This document shows positions 51,655-63,694 of a DNA stretch of 64,000 bases, piece after piece. The stretch's first letter is position 1; the number at the start of each line of letters is the position of its first letter. The DNA lies in NCBI RefSeq assembly GCF_020745735.1, contig NC_083408.1, positions 38,532,484 through 38,596,483 of the forward strand, read 5' to 3'. The notes under the pieces were generated by a model. That model ran no database searches. It worked only from the letters and a program-made list of their open reading frames with translations, and was not told the origin of the DNA. A program made the translations under genes and the position numbers. This stretch comes from Hemiscyllium ocellatum. Taxonomy: Eukaryota.

Positions 51655-54635
51655 ACCCTAGTGGTATTTTCTCTAGTCTCTTAATCCTGAAATTCAGCTA
51701 ATATTCTGGGGACAAAGGTTCGAATCCCGCCATGGCAGTTGGTAGAATGTGAATTCAATTTTAAAAAGTCTGAAATTAAGAATCTAATGATGATCATGAA
51801 GCAATTGCTGACAGTAAGAAAAACCCATTTGGCTCACTAATGTCCTTCAGGGAAAGAAAACTGCCATCCTCACCTGGTCAGGCCTACATGTGACTCCAAA
51901 CCCACAGCAAAGTTGTTGACTCTCAACTGCCCTCTGACATGGCCGAGCAAGCCATTCAGTTGTATCAAGCACAACAAAGACTCAACAAAGAAATGAAATC
52001 AGATGAATCACCTGGTATCAACCTAGGCACTGGAAACAACAATAGCACAATCAGCCCTGCCAACACCTTAAATTCTTCCTTATTAATGTCTGGGGCTTGT
52101 GCCAAAATTAGGAGAACTGTCTCACAGCCTGGTCAGGCTGTACAACATGATTGCATAAGCATGACTTCAGGAGTCCTCAACAGTGACTTGGGACTTCATA
52201 AAGTCACATGACATCAAGTTAAAATTGGCAAGGAATCCTCCTGCTAGTTACCACCTACTGTCCTCACTCAGCTGATGAATCGGTACTCCTCCATGTTGAA
52301 CAACACTGAAAGTTAGCACTGCAGGGGCAAGGGCACAAAAGGTACTCTGGTTGGGACATTTCAATGTTCTCTCTGAAGTGTGGCTCGGCAGAACACAAAT
52401 GATCAAGCTGTTTGAACATAAATATTACACTGGATCTGTGGCAGTGGTGAGGCAAAGTGCAAGTGGGAAAAATACACTTGACCTCAACCTACCTAATCTA
52501 TCAGCATTTGTTCATGCCAGTATTGGTAAGAGACACTACCACACAGTCCTTATAAAGTTGAAGTCCCGCCTTCCCATGGAAAATACCATCCACTGTGTTG
52601 AGTGGCACTATCACCATGATAAATGGGACAGACATGGAAAGATGTAGCAACTCAAGACTGGGCATCCATGAGGCACCATGGGCCATCAACAGCAGTAGAA
52701 TTGTACTCAAGCATAATCTGCAACCTCATGGCCCAGTATATAACTCCCACTCAACTGTTACCATCAAGTGATCAACCTTGTTTCAATGGAGAGGGCATGC
52801 TAAAAGCAGCACCAAGCATACCTAACTTTGAGGTGTAAACTTGGTGAAGTTACCAAACGGGACTACTTATGTTCTAAACAGCATAGCAGCATGTGATTAG
52901 TTGAACAATCCCACAACTAACAGATTGGACCTAGGCTCTGCAGTCCTGTCACATCCAGTTGTGAATCGTGGTAGGCAATAAAAAGTCTTGCTGGAAAAAC
53001 TGACTTCACAAATATCCCCATCCTCAATGATGGAAAAGCCGAACCAATCAGTGTAAAAGATAATGCTGAAGTGTTTGCAGCAATTTTCAGCCAGAAGTGC
53101 CGAAGCATCCTCCACTCGCCCTTATCATCACAGATACCAGTCTTCAGCCAATTCGATTCACTTCATGTGATATTAGGAAATGGTTGGAGGTACTGAATAT
53201 TGCAAAAGTTATGGACCCTGACACCATTCCAGCAAAAATACTGACGAATTCTGCTCCAGAACTTTACAAGCTCTCCCAGGACAGTTACAGCACTAGCATC
53301 TACTCAACAATGTGGAAAATTGCACAGGTACAGACTGTACACAAAAAAAACCAGGACAAATCCAACCCAATCAATTACCTTTCTATCAGTTTGTTCTCCA
53401 TCAGCAGCAAAGTGATGGTGTCATCAACAGTGCTAACAAGCAGCAACGGCTCAGCAGTAACCTGCATGCTCAAGTCCAGTCTGGGTTCCACCAGGGCCAC
53501 TCAACTCCTGACCTTATTACAGCCTTGGGTCAACATGGACAAGAGAGCTGAATTCCAGAGGTGAGGTGAGAGTGACACCCTTAACCTCAAGGTTGTATTC
53601 GAGTGAGTGTGGTATCAAAGAGCCCTAGCAAAACTCTCAGCTGTTTGGAGTCATACCTGGCACATAGGAAGATAATTGTGATTGTTGCAGGTCAGTCATC
53701 TCAGCTCTGGGACATCTCTGCAGGAGTTCCTCAGGGTAGTGTCCTAGGCCTAAACGTTTTTAGCTACTTCATCAGCACCTTCTCTAAAACGCCAGAAGTG
53801 AGGATGTTTGCTGATGATTTCACAATGTTCAGCACCATTCGTGACTCTTCAGATACTGAAGCAGTCCACGTTCATATGCAACAACATTTGGATAAAATCC
53901 AGGCTTGGACTAACAAGTGGCAAGTTGCAGCAGACAAATGCCACGCAATGACCATCTCCAATTAGAGACGATGTATGCACTGTTTCTTGACATTTAATGG
54001 AGTTACTATCACTGAATACCCTATGTCAACAACTTTGGGGTTACCATTGACCAGAAACAAAAACTGGTGTTGCCACATAAACACAGTGGCTACAAGTGCA
54101 GGTCAAAGGCTCGGAATACTGCAGCGAGCAACTTACCTCCTGTCTCCCCAAAGTCTGTCCACCATCTACAAGAGTCAGGAGTGTGATGGGATACTTCCCA
54201 CTTGCCTGAATGCAGCTCCAACAACACTCAAAATGCTCGATATTATCCAAGAGAAAGCAGCCCGCTTGACTGGCAGCACATCTATAGGCATCCACTCCCT
54301 CCACCACTGATGCACATTAGCAGCAGTGTGTACTATCTACAATATATTCTGTTAAAATTCACCAAAGATCTTTAGACAGCACTTTTCAAATCCATGCACC
54401 CTTCCATCTAAAAGGTCAAGGATAGCAAATATATGGGAACATCACCATCTGCAAGTTCCCCCTCCAAGGCATTCACCATCCTTACTTTGAAATATATTGC
54501 CATTCCTTCACTGTCACTGGGCTAAAATCCTAGAATTCTCTCCCTATGAGCATTGTGGGTCAACATAGAGTACATGGACTCTATGAGTTCAAGACAGCAT
54601 CTTGCTACCACCTTCTCAAGGCCCACATCCCACAA
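51655..54635 (+). mobile_element. Near full-length decayed CR1/L2-group LINE with tRNA-like head
   Basis: B box ggttcgaatccc (about 51717), then APE-like (GHFNV) and RT motifs (AGVPQGSVLG, MFADD, KCHAMTISN), then the 3' tail. Confidence 0.85.
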
Positions 54636-54639
54636 GTCA

Positions 54640-55510
54640 TCTAAAAACATATGATGTTGAGAATTATGCGCAGAACTCCATTTATGATCTAACAAAGGCT
54701 TTGTACAGCTGAACCATAATCTCAAACTGTCTGCATTCCAATGCTGTTGACACAAGGACCAAAGTCTTTTTGATGTTTTATACACCTGTGCTCCTTGGTC
54801 ACTTCAGAAATCCAATGTTTCTAGCTTCCCACCATTTAGAACGTAGCCTGTTCTATTCTTTTTAGGTCCAAAGTGGATGACTTTACATTTACATACAGTG
54901 AAATCCATCAGCCACAGCCATACCCACTTACATAATCGATAAATATGCCTTTGTAATTTTATATTTTTGTGCACACTGTGTACAGTATTACCAGCAAGTT
55001 TGGAAAGACAATCTTCTATCTCGATAAAGATAATGAATAGCTGAAGCCTCAACACAGGTGCTTAAGAGTCACAGATCTGTACAGCATGGAAACAGACCCT
55101 TCCTTCCAACTTGTCTATGCCAACCAGATATCCTAAATAAATCTAGTCCCATTTGCCAGCATTTGGCCCATATCGCTCTAAACCCTAAATACCTATCCAG
55201 ATGTCTTTTAAATGTAATTGTACCTGTCTCCACCACTTCCTCTGGCAGTTCATTTCACACATGCATCACCCTCTGTGTGAAAAGTTGCCCCTTATGTCAC
55301 TTATAAATCTTTCCTCTTTCATCTCAAACCTATGCCCTATAGTTTTGGAGTCCCCCATTGTGGGGAAAAGACATTGTCTCTATTACCCTATCCATGCCCC
55401 TCAAGGTTTTATAAACCTCTCCATAAAGTCACCACTCAGCCTCCAACACTGTAGGGTAAATAGCCCCAGCCTATTCAGGCTCTCCCTATAGCTGAAACCC
55501 TCCAACCCTG
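54640..55510 (-). mobile_element. Two CR1 fragments
   Basis: KCKVIHFG (ORF 54804..55055) and a CR1 tail from about 55066. Confidence 0.8.
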
Positions 55511-55649
55511 ATGTGGGATACTTCATTTCATATCCTGTCAATATTCATTAAATTTCCTCCAGCCAGTTTGAGAAAACAGAAGTGAATCTTCACACTACAA
55601 CCCACCACCAGTGTCAATAAGCGTGCATGAGTAAGTAGCAGTGGCAAAA

Positions 55650-56500
55650 TCATAAGATTGTGATAAGAAGAAGCTGAGCAGCTACCTGTAGTTAAACTTG
55701 CATGATGTTTGACAAGAAACTGTTTTAAAGTACACTAAATCTCCCTGAAGAATTGAAAAAACAAACCAGAGAAATTTAGAAAGCTTTAAAGTCATACTTT
55801 GAAGCCCAAGTGAATGTAACTTATGATTGGCTTTTTTTCAATATATAAGACTATAGAGGAAATAAAGAGTCTACTGATCTTTATGTGTCTGCATTAACAC
55901 TGCTTATAAAAACCTAGACAATCTAATTAAAGACTGGATGGGTTTGGACATAAGAGAACCCACAGTGAGAGCACATCTACTGAGAGGAAAAACTTAGTCT
56001 CAAGAAAATGATTGACATGTACAGGAACACTGATGTTGTTGTAAATCAGCAATAAGAGAATATTCATGGCTGAAAAGACCTTGCCTTGCAACATACTGAT
56101 GGACTTTCCAGGCCAAAAGGACAAATACATCATGGACAAAAGGCATGATGAGAGGACATCAGGCAAAGAAAAAGGCTTGTTCACTATGTAGCAGAAAATG
56201 TTCTCACTGCAAGAAGTTGAATCATTTTACAAACAAGTGTTTGCAAAAAAGAGCATAACAAGCAGGTTCAGATAACAACTGGAGAGATAGGAGTTAAAGA
56301 TTCCAATGAATCAACCTTTTGTGTGGTGCAGTCAGGTTGATAGGTGATAAACAATTTGTGACTGTTGGAATGATGACTACAGAAGAGAACATGAAGTCAA
56401 CATAAAGTGTCAAATGAACACGTGTGTCATGCAACATTATGATCTTCACAAATCTGTGCATGTTGGAACAAATTGACAATCCATAAATTGAGCCCTCAAA
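55650..56500 (+). mobile_element. Gypsy LTR-retrotransposon gag-protease remnant
   Basis: KALKSYFEAQVNVTY..LIKDWMGLDI..VRAHLLR gag-like peptides; intact CX2CX4HX4C knuckle CSHCKKLNHFTNKC (56199-56240); degenerate protease motif KCQMNT. Confidence 0.8.
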
Positions 56501-56599
56501 AGTAGTCTTTATTTTATTTGTTTACCCATGGGATGTGTGTGTCACTAGCTGGCCAATATTCATTGCTTGTCCCTAGTTGCTCTTGAGAAGGATGGGGTA

Positions 56600-56975
56600 T
56601 ATGATATTTTGATGGGGTTTGATAGAATAGATGCTGACAGGATGTTTTTCCCCAGAATAGTAATTTAGAACTAAGGGTCACGGTTTTGAAATAAGGAGTT
56701 GTCCATTTAAGTAAAACATGAGCAGGATTTTCTTTGATCAGAGGTTTTCGAATCTTTGGAATTCTCTACACTAGAAAATGCTGGAGAATGAGTCATTGCA
56801 TATACTCAAGGTTGAGACACAAAATATTTTCAAAAGTAGGGAGTCAAAAGTTATGGGGAATATGCAGAAAAGGGGAGCTGAGGCAAAAATCAAGTCAGCC
56901 ATGATCTTTTTAAATAGCACAGCAGGCTCAAAAGGCCATATTTATTGCTTCTATATCCCATGTTATTATGTTCTT
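56600..56975 (+). mobile_element. CR1 3' end
   Basis: WNSL-type coding sequence and tcagccatgatct tail. Confidence 0.75.
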
Positions 56976-58259
56976 AGATGTACAGAAACAAAGCACAATT
57001 TATTTCAACCAGTTAGGAACAGCCCAGAGCAGCAAGATGCCCAGTTGGATCTCAGCCCAAGCTCTGGGAGGGACATGGAAAAGGAGCTAAACTCTGAGGT
57101 TAGCTCTGGTAAAATTAAGATGACATACTAGAAATTCAAAATAAACAAAGAAAAATACCTCACAAGACCCTGGATCTAAAAGGTAATTCTGTTAATGTAC
57201 CTAACTCATACTAACTTATCTTTTTTCTTCTAGTTACTGAAAGATCAATTGAACTTTGAACGGGAAAGTTTTTGAAAAGGTATTTAACATTTCCAGTGCC
57301 AGGGCATAGTGATAAACAAAATGATTCAAATCAGAAATTTCTGATGCTTGCACTCAGCAAACGTCTAGAACAGTAATATGATAATAATCAGATGACCTGT
57401 TTATTGAGAGATATGTATTGTCCATCAGTGACAACATCCCTGATCTTCTTTTAAATAATGCAATGTGATCTTTAACATCCACTGGACAGGGCAGATAAGG
57501 CATCTGTTTTCACCTCATCTGAAGGACTACATCTTCAACAGTGAACCCACTCAATAACGTACAGGAGTGACAGATTTGATTTTTATGCTCAACCCTGAGA
57601 GTGGGACTTGATTTGTAACACAGAAACAAGTGGGCTCCCAAATGAGTCACAGCTGAGACAAGCCTCAAACAATGCCATTATAAAACAGAAAAATCTCGAT
57701 ATGTTGAATCCCAGGGAAACCACTTTCAAATTGTGTTCAGAGGAGCATGTGATAGTCAAGAAGGCCCAGTTCCCACAGGAATGTGTCTCTAGGTAACCCA
57801 AAATGCTTCGAAACATGATCTATGGCAAAAACAACAGATTCAATCGCAAAACGAGACACAGTAAAGCAGTAAATGTATGAAACAGTCTTTATTCAATTTG
57901 TTACAATGGTCTGACCTTGCAAAAAGCAAGGAATTTGCGTGGAAAAAGGCCAAGGAGTTAGCTCTGGTAAAACACTGTAATATTTTTCTCATGTGTACTG
58001 TCTTCAGACAAGTGCGAGACAGTCCACTGTGCTGTCATGCAGTCAAGGGGTCAGTTAGTTCACTTGGCTGGACAGCTGGTTTGCAAATGCAGAGTAGTAC
58101 CAACAGTGTGGGTTCAATTCCCACACACTGCCTGAGGTTACTGTAATGAATTCTCCTACTCAACCTCTAACAGTCATCTCTCTCCAGCCTTGTGGTCCAG
58201 TAAGATGATGGCAAATTTACCCATTTTACATGCAGTCCAACAGTTGTTATGCTTCCATG

Positions 58260-59300
58260 TTGCAATGCAAAATCTTAAAAGATGTCTAAGCCATTTATGG
58301 TGTTGGAAAGGGATACAGTTGGGAAAACACGCTGGCATTCATTGGATTCTTCAGGACATTGGCCTCCTTGGTTGATGAACATACTGAACCGATGATTGTC
58401 TCATCTGGCAGTTCCATTGCGCAGTGCACATTGCTGTGCACCAGATTGCCAGTTTCCATGGTTGTTCCTGTTGGAATTTCCTTTCTGGTCTCCTGCAACT
58501 GAGTGAAAGGACCCTTGCCAACAGGTTGACTCCATTGTGCTCCTCGACATTGTGGCTGTGTGGCTGTCACCTGTTTGAACCCAGTTGATGATTGTGGCTT
58601 CCATCAACACTTTCTACATCTTTTTCATCATTCAATTTTTTACCTTTAAACATCAAAGAGAACTGGCAAAACAGTAAAACAATCTGGATTCATCCCTGTT
58701 AAAAAAAAAGTCATATTAAGGGGTGTGGTGCATATCCACTCAAAATGTGAGAGCCATTTTGGAGCCAATCATCTTGCATTTCTGCTGTACTGCCCTAGCC
58801 TCACCATTTCGATGTGTCTTGTCTGAATTCTGTCCAGCCACCCACTGCTGCGGGTGATTCCTTGTGGTCAGCCTCTTTGTCAGGATGACTCCACTTTCCT
58901 GCAGAATTGGACTGAAGATGAGAATGTTCTCTGCTCAGATTCTTCAGTTTCAGAATAGGCAACAGATCTCATTCTCTTCCTTGCTGGAAGGAATATCTGC
59001 CTGTTCCAAAATGTTTTCCATAATAGTGGATAAACTTGATGGTGGGATCATCTACTCATTTGCAATGTCCACTTTCCATGGTATGGTTTTCCACTTTCTG
59101 TATTCATTTCACTTTCTCTCCAGTTGGCAAGATTTTTAATTTTATGAAATGCTTAACCAACTGGAAGCCTTTGTCTATCCCTTCACAGGAAAATCTTGAT
59201 ATCCATGTGACCTTGTGTCCATGCTTTCATTCTCTTGTGAGCTCTAACTTCATTCTGATTGATTGGCATGGTCAAAGGGCAAGTCAAGTTGACCTAATCT
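58260..59300 (-). mobile_element. Possible second, highly decayed LTR-retrotransposon gag region
   Basis: A-rich, coding-like minus strand with weak Cys/His spacing in ORF 58401..58610; no decisive motif. Confidence 0.3.
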
Positions 59301-59534
59301 GAAGCAATCAGTGTAGAATTCCAGTTTAGAATTCCATTTTACTGGTGGTAATGGTCAACAGCAGTTAAACAATTAGAATTTTGTGTCATCGGAGTTTGAC
59401 TCTTTTTGATTTCCCTGTACACCAAATACTTTGAATTCTTATCTTTTATGTGGCACGTTATCAAAAGCTTCTGGAAATCAAAATACAGTATATACAGTTC
59501 ACCTTTATCATCCTGCTTGTTACATCCACAGGAA

Positions 59535-59872
59535 TGGCAGTGGTATACTGTTAACGTTTTTTATTAGTAATCCAGAATCTGGGATGAATCCCATCATGGC
59601 GATTGGTAAAATTTGAAATCTGGAATTAAAAGCTCATTTAACAATGATCATGTAATAATTGTTGTGAAAAAACACACACACACATTTGGTTCACTAGTGT
59701 CCTTCAGATAAAGAAACTTTCTGTACTTAACTGGTCTGCTTCATATGTGACGTCAGACCTGCAGCAATGTGGTGGATTCGTAAATGCACTCTGAAATGAC
59801 TAGCAAGCCACTCCGTTCCAGGGCAATTAGGCACAGCGAATAAATGCTGGCCTTGCAAATGAATGAATAAAA
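59535..59872 (+). mobile_element. tRNA-headed SINE (bipartite LINE derivative)
   Basis: ggttcacta.tgtccttcag body and gggcaattagg..aataaatgctggcc tail. Confidence 0.72.
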
Positions 59873-60359
59873 CAACTTATAATAAATTTGAGAAATATGA
59901 TTTTTCTTCCATAAAACTAAATTGGCTCTGTTTCTTTTGTTAAAATTGCTTGCTACCACATTGTTAATAATGAATTCAAACATTTTCAGTGACAGATGTC
60001 AGACCCACTGGCCAATAATTTCTGTCTCCTTATTTTTGAATAGGGACGTAACGTGTGTTTTTTTCTAATATATTGGGGCCTTTCCAAAACCTAGGGAATT
60101 CTGGAAGGTTGACAACCAAACAACTACATGTCTGCAGCCACTTAATTTAAGATGCTCTGATGCGCACCATCAAGTCATGGGGCTTTGCCATTCAATTCTT
60201 TGCACTGTACATATTTCTTCCTTAGATTATTTGGTTGTACAAATGGTTGATGTTACCCGAACATTAATAAATTCAAATTCAAGTCCGAAGGGCCGAGGAA
60301 GAATCATAAGCATTGAATTTGTGTCCATTCTGGTTTGATTGGACTGAAGAGTGACTTTT

Positions 60360-60465
60360 GTCCGTGACTTTTGTCCCAAGGGAACAATCCCACAATGGAA
60401 CAATCTGCCAAGGGAAATAACCAGCGCCTCGTCACTTGGAATCTTCAAGACCCATCTTCAGATTA
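60360..60465 (+). mobile_element. Old LINE ORF2 C-terminal fragment
   Basis: TIPQWNNLPREITSASSLGIFKTHL (ORF 60351..60644). Confidence 0.6.
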
Positions 60466-60849
60466 TTTCCAGTGTAGAAGTTTTCCGAAGCATGGCTACA
60501 ATTTCAGCAGGTCAGGCCCAGGCTTCAGCTAGGATCAATCATACAAATATTGGCGGAATATGGACAACCGTTCGTGATGCCGTCCCACTCAGGGCAGGAG
60601 CAGCAAGGCGCACAGCATACTGTCCGACCGTCCTAAAAGAGTGAACGCAAGTAAAAGCACTGTCCTGGCAGTGCATTCATCTGAAGACGTCTAACCCTGA
60701 GCCAGCACCGCAATTCCCACCGTGGTTGGAGAGTGTGAGAATCGCTGACAGCAGTTGCAACCAGCATCCTCTGTTGCAAAGCACCAGCAAATTCAACCGA
60801 GCGGCTGGAAATGGGGGGGGGGGGGGGAAGGAGAGCATTTACAAACCTC

Positions 60850-61295
60850 CCGGCTCCCCCGACCCAAACCTGCCCAAAGAAAAAAAAATGCTGGGGACCG
60901 AGGGAAGGATGCAGGGCTCAGCTCGCGCCGCCCTCCGCTGCTGCTGCTGCAAGCGGATCCCCGGGGAGTCCGCGTGATGGGCAGCGGAGGGTGGCCAATC
61001 GGGCCCCGGGAGGGCTTGGAGTGGCAGGAGCGCCTGACCAATCGGAGCGAGCAGGGAGGGGGGCGGGCGGGGAGACGGCTTCATGTCCTGCCCCTTTCCT
61101 GCATCCCTCCCTCCATCCTCAGGTTAGACTGAGCCGCAGGTGGGGGCTGGAGCAAAGTGTGGGGGAAGGGAAGGAGGGAGGGAGGGCGTGCACGCACAGC
61201 CGAGCGGAGGAGGAGCGGCGGCGGCGGCACCGGCTGCTCGCTGTATCTCTTTCTCTGTCTCTCTCTCCCTCTCACACACACACACACCCTCTTCC
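60850..61295 (+). promoter_or_regulatory. MAP3K9 CpG-island promoter / 5' UTR
   Basis: CpG-rich; CCAAT boxes at 60995 and 61038; GC boxes at 61058-61072; GGC repeats; (TC)n(CA)n tract just before the ATG. Confidence 0.8.
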
Positions 61296-61598
61296 ATGGA
61301 GCAGCTCCGGTCCATGTTCATCAGGTCTCCCTGCTCCTCCTCTGCCACCGGGAAGGAAGAGGCTGAAGAGAGGGACAGGGCGGTGCAGCAGCAGCCGGTG
61401 GAAGAAGAGGAGGAGGAGGAGGAAGAAGAAGAGGAGGAGGAGGAGGAGGAAGATGAAGAGGAGCAGCCTCCTCCTCCTCCCCAGCCACAGCATCCAGCCC
61501 CCTCTAACCTGTTCTGGACCGCCGTCTTCGACTACGAGGCGAGCGCAGAGGACGAGCTCAGCCTGCGCAAGGGGGACGTGGTGGAGGTGCTCTCCAAG
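61296..61598 (+). CDS. MAP3K9: Mixed-lineage kinase 1 (MAP3K9), first coding exon (101 aa; acidic tract + N-terminal half of SH3)
   Basis: MEQLRSMF...E17-D-E3...FWTAVFDYEASAEDELSLRKGDVVEVLSK is the MLK-family SH3 start preceded by a poly-Glu tract, as in MAP3K9. Context tccATGg; AAG|GTAAAG donor at 61599; divergent from PCNX1 as in human. Confidence 0.9.
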
Positions 61599-62594
61599 GT
61601 AAAGGGCTGCCTTTTCTGCCTCATCCCCCCCGCCCCCCCCCCCAACCAGATACACCGTCCCCCGGGCACCTTTCTGTATGAAACTCACCCATCCCCTCCC
61701 CCTCTTCGCGATCCATCGTTGGTTTGCAAATGAATTTCTCATTTTTGTTTTCAAAACAAAGCATTCTGCAACACGAAGGAGCAGAGCAAATGCAGACAGC
61801 AATGTGGGAAGTGGAGAAAGGTGATGAAACGCACCAATGATCAGGGCGCTGGTGTCATTTGAAGCGAGCGTTTGAGCATTTTTCATTCAAAAGTGCATGG
61901 CGATAAGCATTTCTAACCTCACCTACAACCCCACATAGTATCCTTCACCCGAAATGCAAATTCACCATAATTTAACTTGTGAATTGTAGCCAAACTTTAA
62001 TTTTTTTTCGCTGGGGGACGTATTGGTATTGGAAAGAAGGACGGTTGAATGACGGGACACCAACGGTATTGCATGGCTGCTTTAAAGGGATATTTCCCTT
62101 CTCCCGTTTCCTTCCCATCCACATTAATAGTTACTCCTGTTAACAATCCCCTCCTATGATGGTACCTCACTTTCAAACTTGCGGTTATCTGCTGATCTCC
62201 AAAATCTTAAGTTGATACTCCTGTTCTTGCAAACCATCTCCAACTTCCCAATGAGTGTGTTGCAACCTGAGAAATTTGTGTTCACCTGTTCTGAAACACC
62301 TGTCCCCATGGATATATAATTGTGGCTGAAGTTTACGATCTTTTTTCTCAAACTATGGATATAAAGAAGCATAACATCCTATTCTAAGTCACCTTTATTA
62401 TCAGTTGGGTGGAACTGTTCTCACCTGGATTAACAAATGTTCATATCTATCCATCACAGCCAAGATTTCAGTTTCCATAGCTTCATTATTACCTGTAATG
62501 TCCAAATAGTACACGCTCGGTCCTCTCCTATATCTCATCCTCATACTGTACCCTGGCACATTGTCCGAAATCATGTCAGATTCCATATGCATGA

Positions 62595-63320
62595 GTTGTG
62601 ATTTTGGCGCTGGAAAAGCACAGCTGGTCAGGCAGCATCCGAGGAGCAGGAGAATCAACGTTTCAGGCATAAACCCTTCATCACGAATGAGTCTTGTGGG
62701 CCTGGGGGTGTGTGCTGAGAGAAAATGGGAGGGGGGGTGTGGTTGGGGGAAAGTACCTGAGAATGCAATAGATACACGAAGGTGGGGGAGAAGATGTTAG
62801 GTCAGAGAGGAGAGCGGAGCGGCTAGATGGGAAAGGTCAAGAGGTCGGTGCCAAGTTGGAGGCTTGGAACTGGGATAGTGTAGAGGAGGGAAATAAGGAA
62901 ACTGGTGAAATCCACATTGATCCTATGTGGTTGCAGGGTCCCAAGGCGGAATAATGAGGCGTTCTTCCTCCGGGTATCAGGTGGTAAGGGTTTGGCGATA
63001 GGGAAGGCCCAGGATCTGCATGTCCCACTCGCCCTCTTGACCTGTCCATCACCTATCCCATATATCCACTCTACCCTCCTCTCTGACCTATCATCTTCTC
63101 CCTCACCTTCATCTACCTATCGCATTCCCAGCTACCTCCCCCACCCCAACCCCACCTATCTCTCATTTATCTCTCAGCCCCATGGCCCACAAGCCTCATT
63201 CCTGACGAAGGGCTTATGTCTGAAATCTTGATTCTCCTGCTCCTCAAATGATGTCTGACCTGTGCTTTTCCAGCACCACACTGTCGATTCTGATCCCCAG
63301 CATCTGCAGTCCTCACTTTC
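62595..63320. mobile_element. Inverted (tail-out) Penelope insertion in MAP3K9 intron 1
   Basis: Reverse PLE tail plus endonuclease end, then a forward tail; 13-bp TSD tccatatg(c/t)atga (62582-62594 / 63321-63333). Confidence 0.85.
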
Positions 63321-63694
63321 TCCATATGTATGACAATGGCATCCACTATAAATTATTCCCACCTCTCTCACCCTTTTTGCCCCTTATAATTTGTCATGCT
63401 GTTTCTCTAAAACCAGTATCAAATGGCTCTTAATGTGTTCACTTAATTGGGAAGTCAATAGCTACTGTCTCCTATACTGTGTTACAAATTGCATTACTTA
63501 GTCAACTCCCCCTCTCTGATCTCTGTCTAAAGCTGAACTCGACCTTTTCCAGCCTTGACCTCATCATTGGTCTAAAGATGAGCTTCTGACCCAATAACCA
63601 CGTCTGCAATGCACCTGTGCCCACTTCAGTGATGTCACCGATCTCTAGCTTTACTTCTACCCATCTGCAGCCGAAACCATAATTTGTAGACAAG

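Noticed and set aside
60811-61886. Long ORFs 60811..61602 (+, 263 aa), 61272..61886 (-) and the GTG extension from 61140
   Set aside because: Alternative frames of a GC-rich, low-complexity exon. The ATG at 61296 fits the MLK N-terminus, and the residues after VLSK are intronic.
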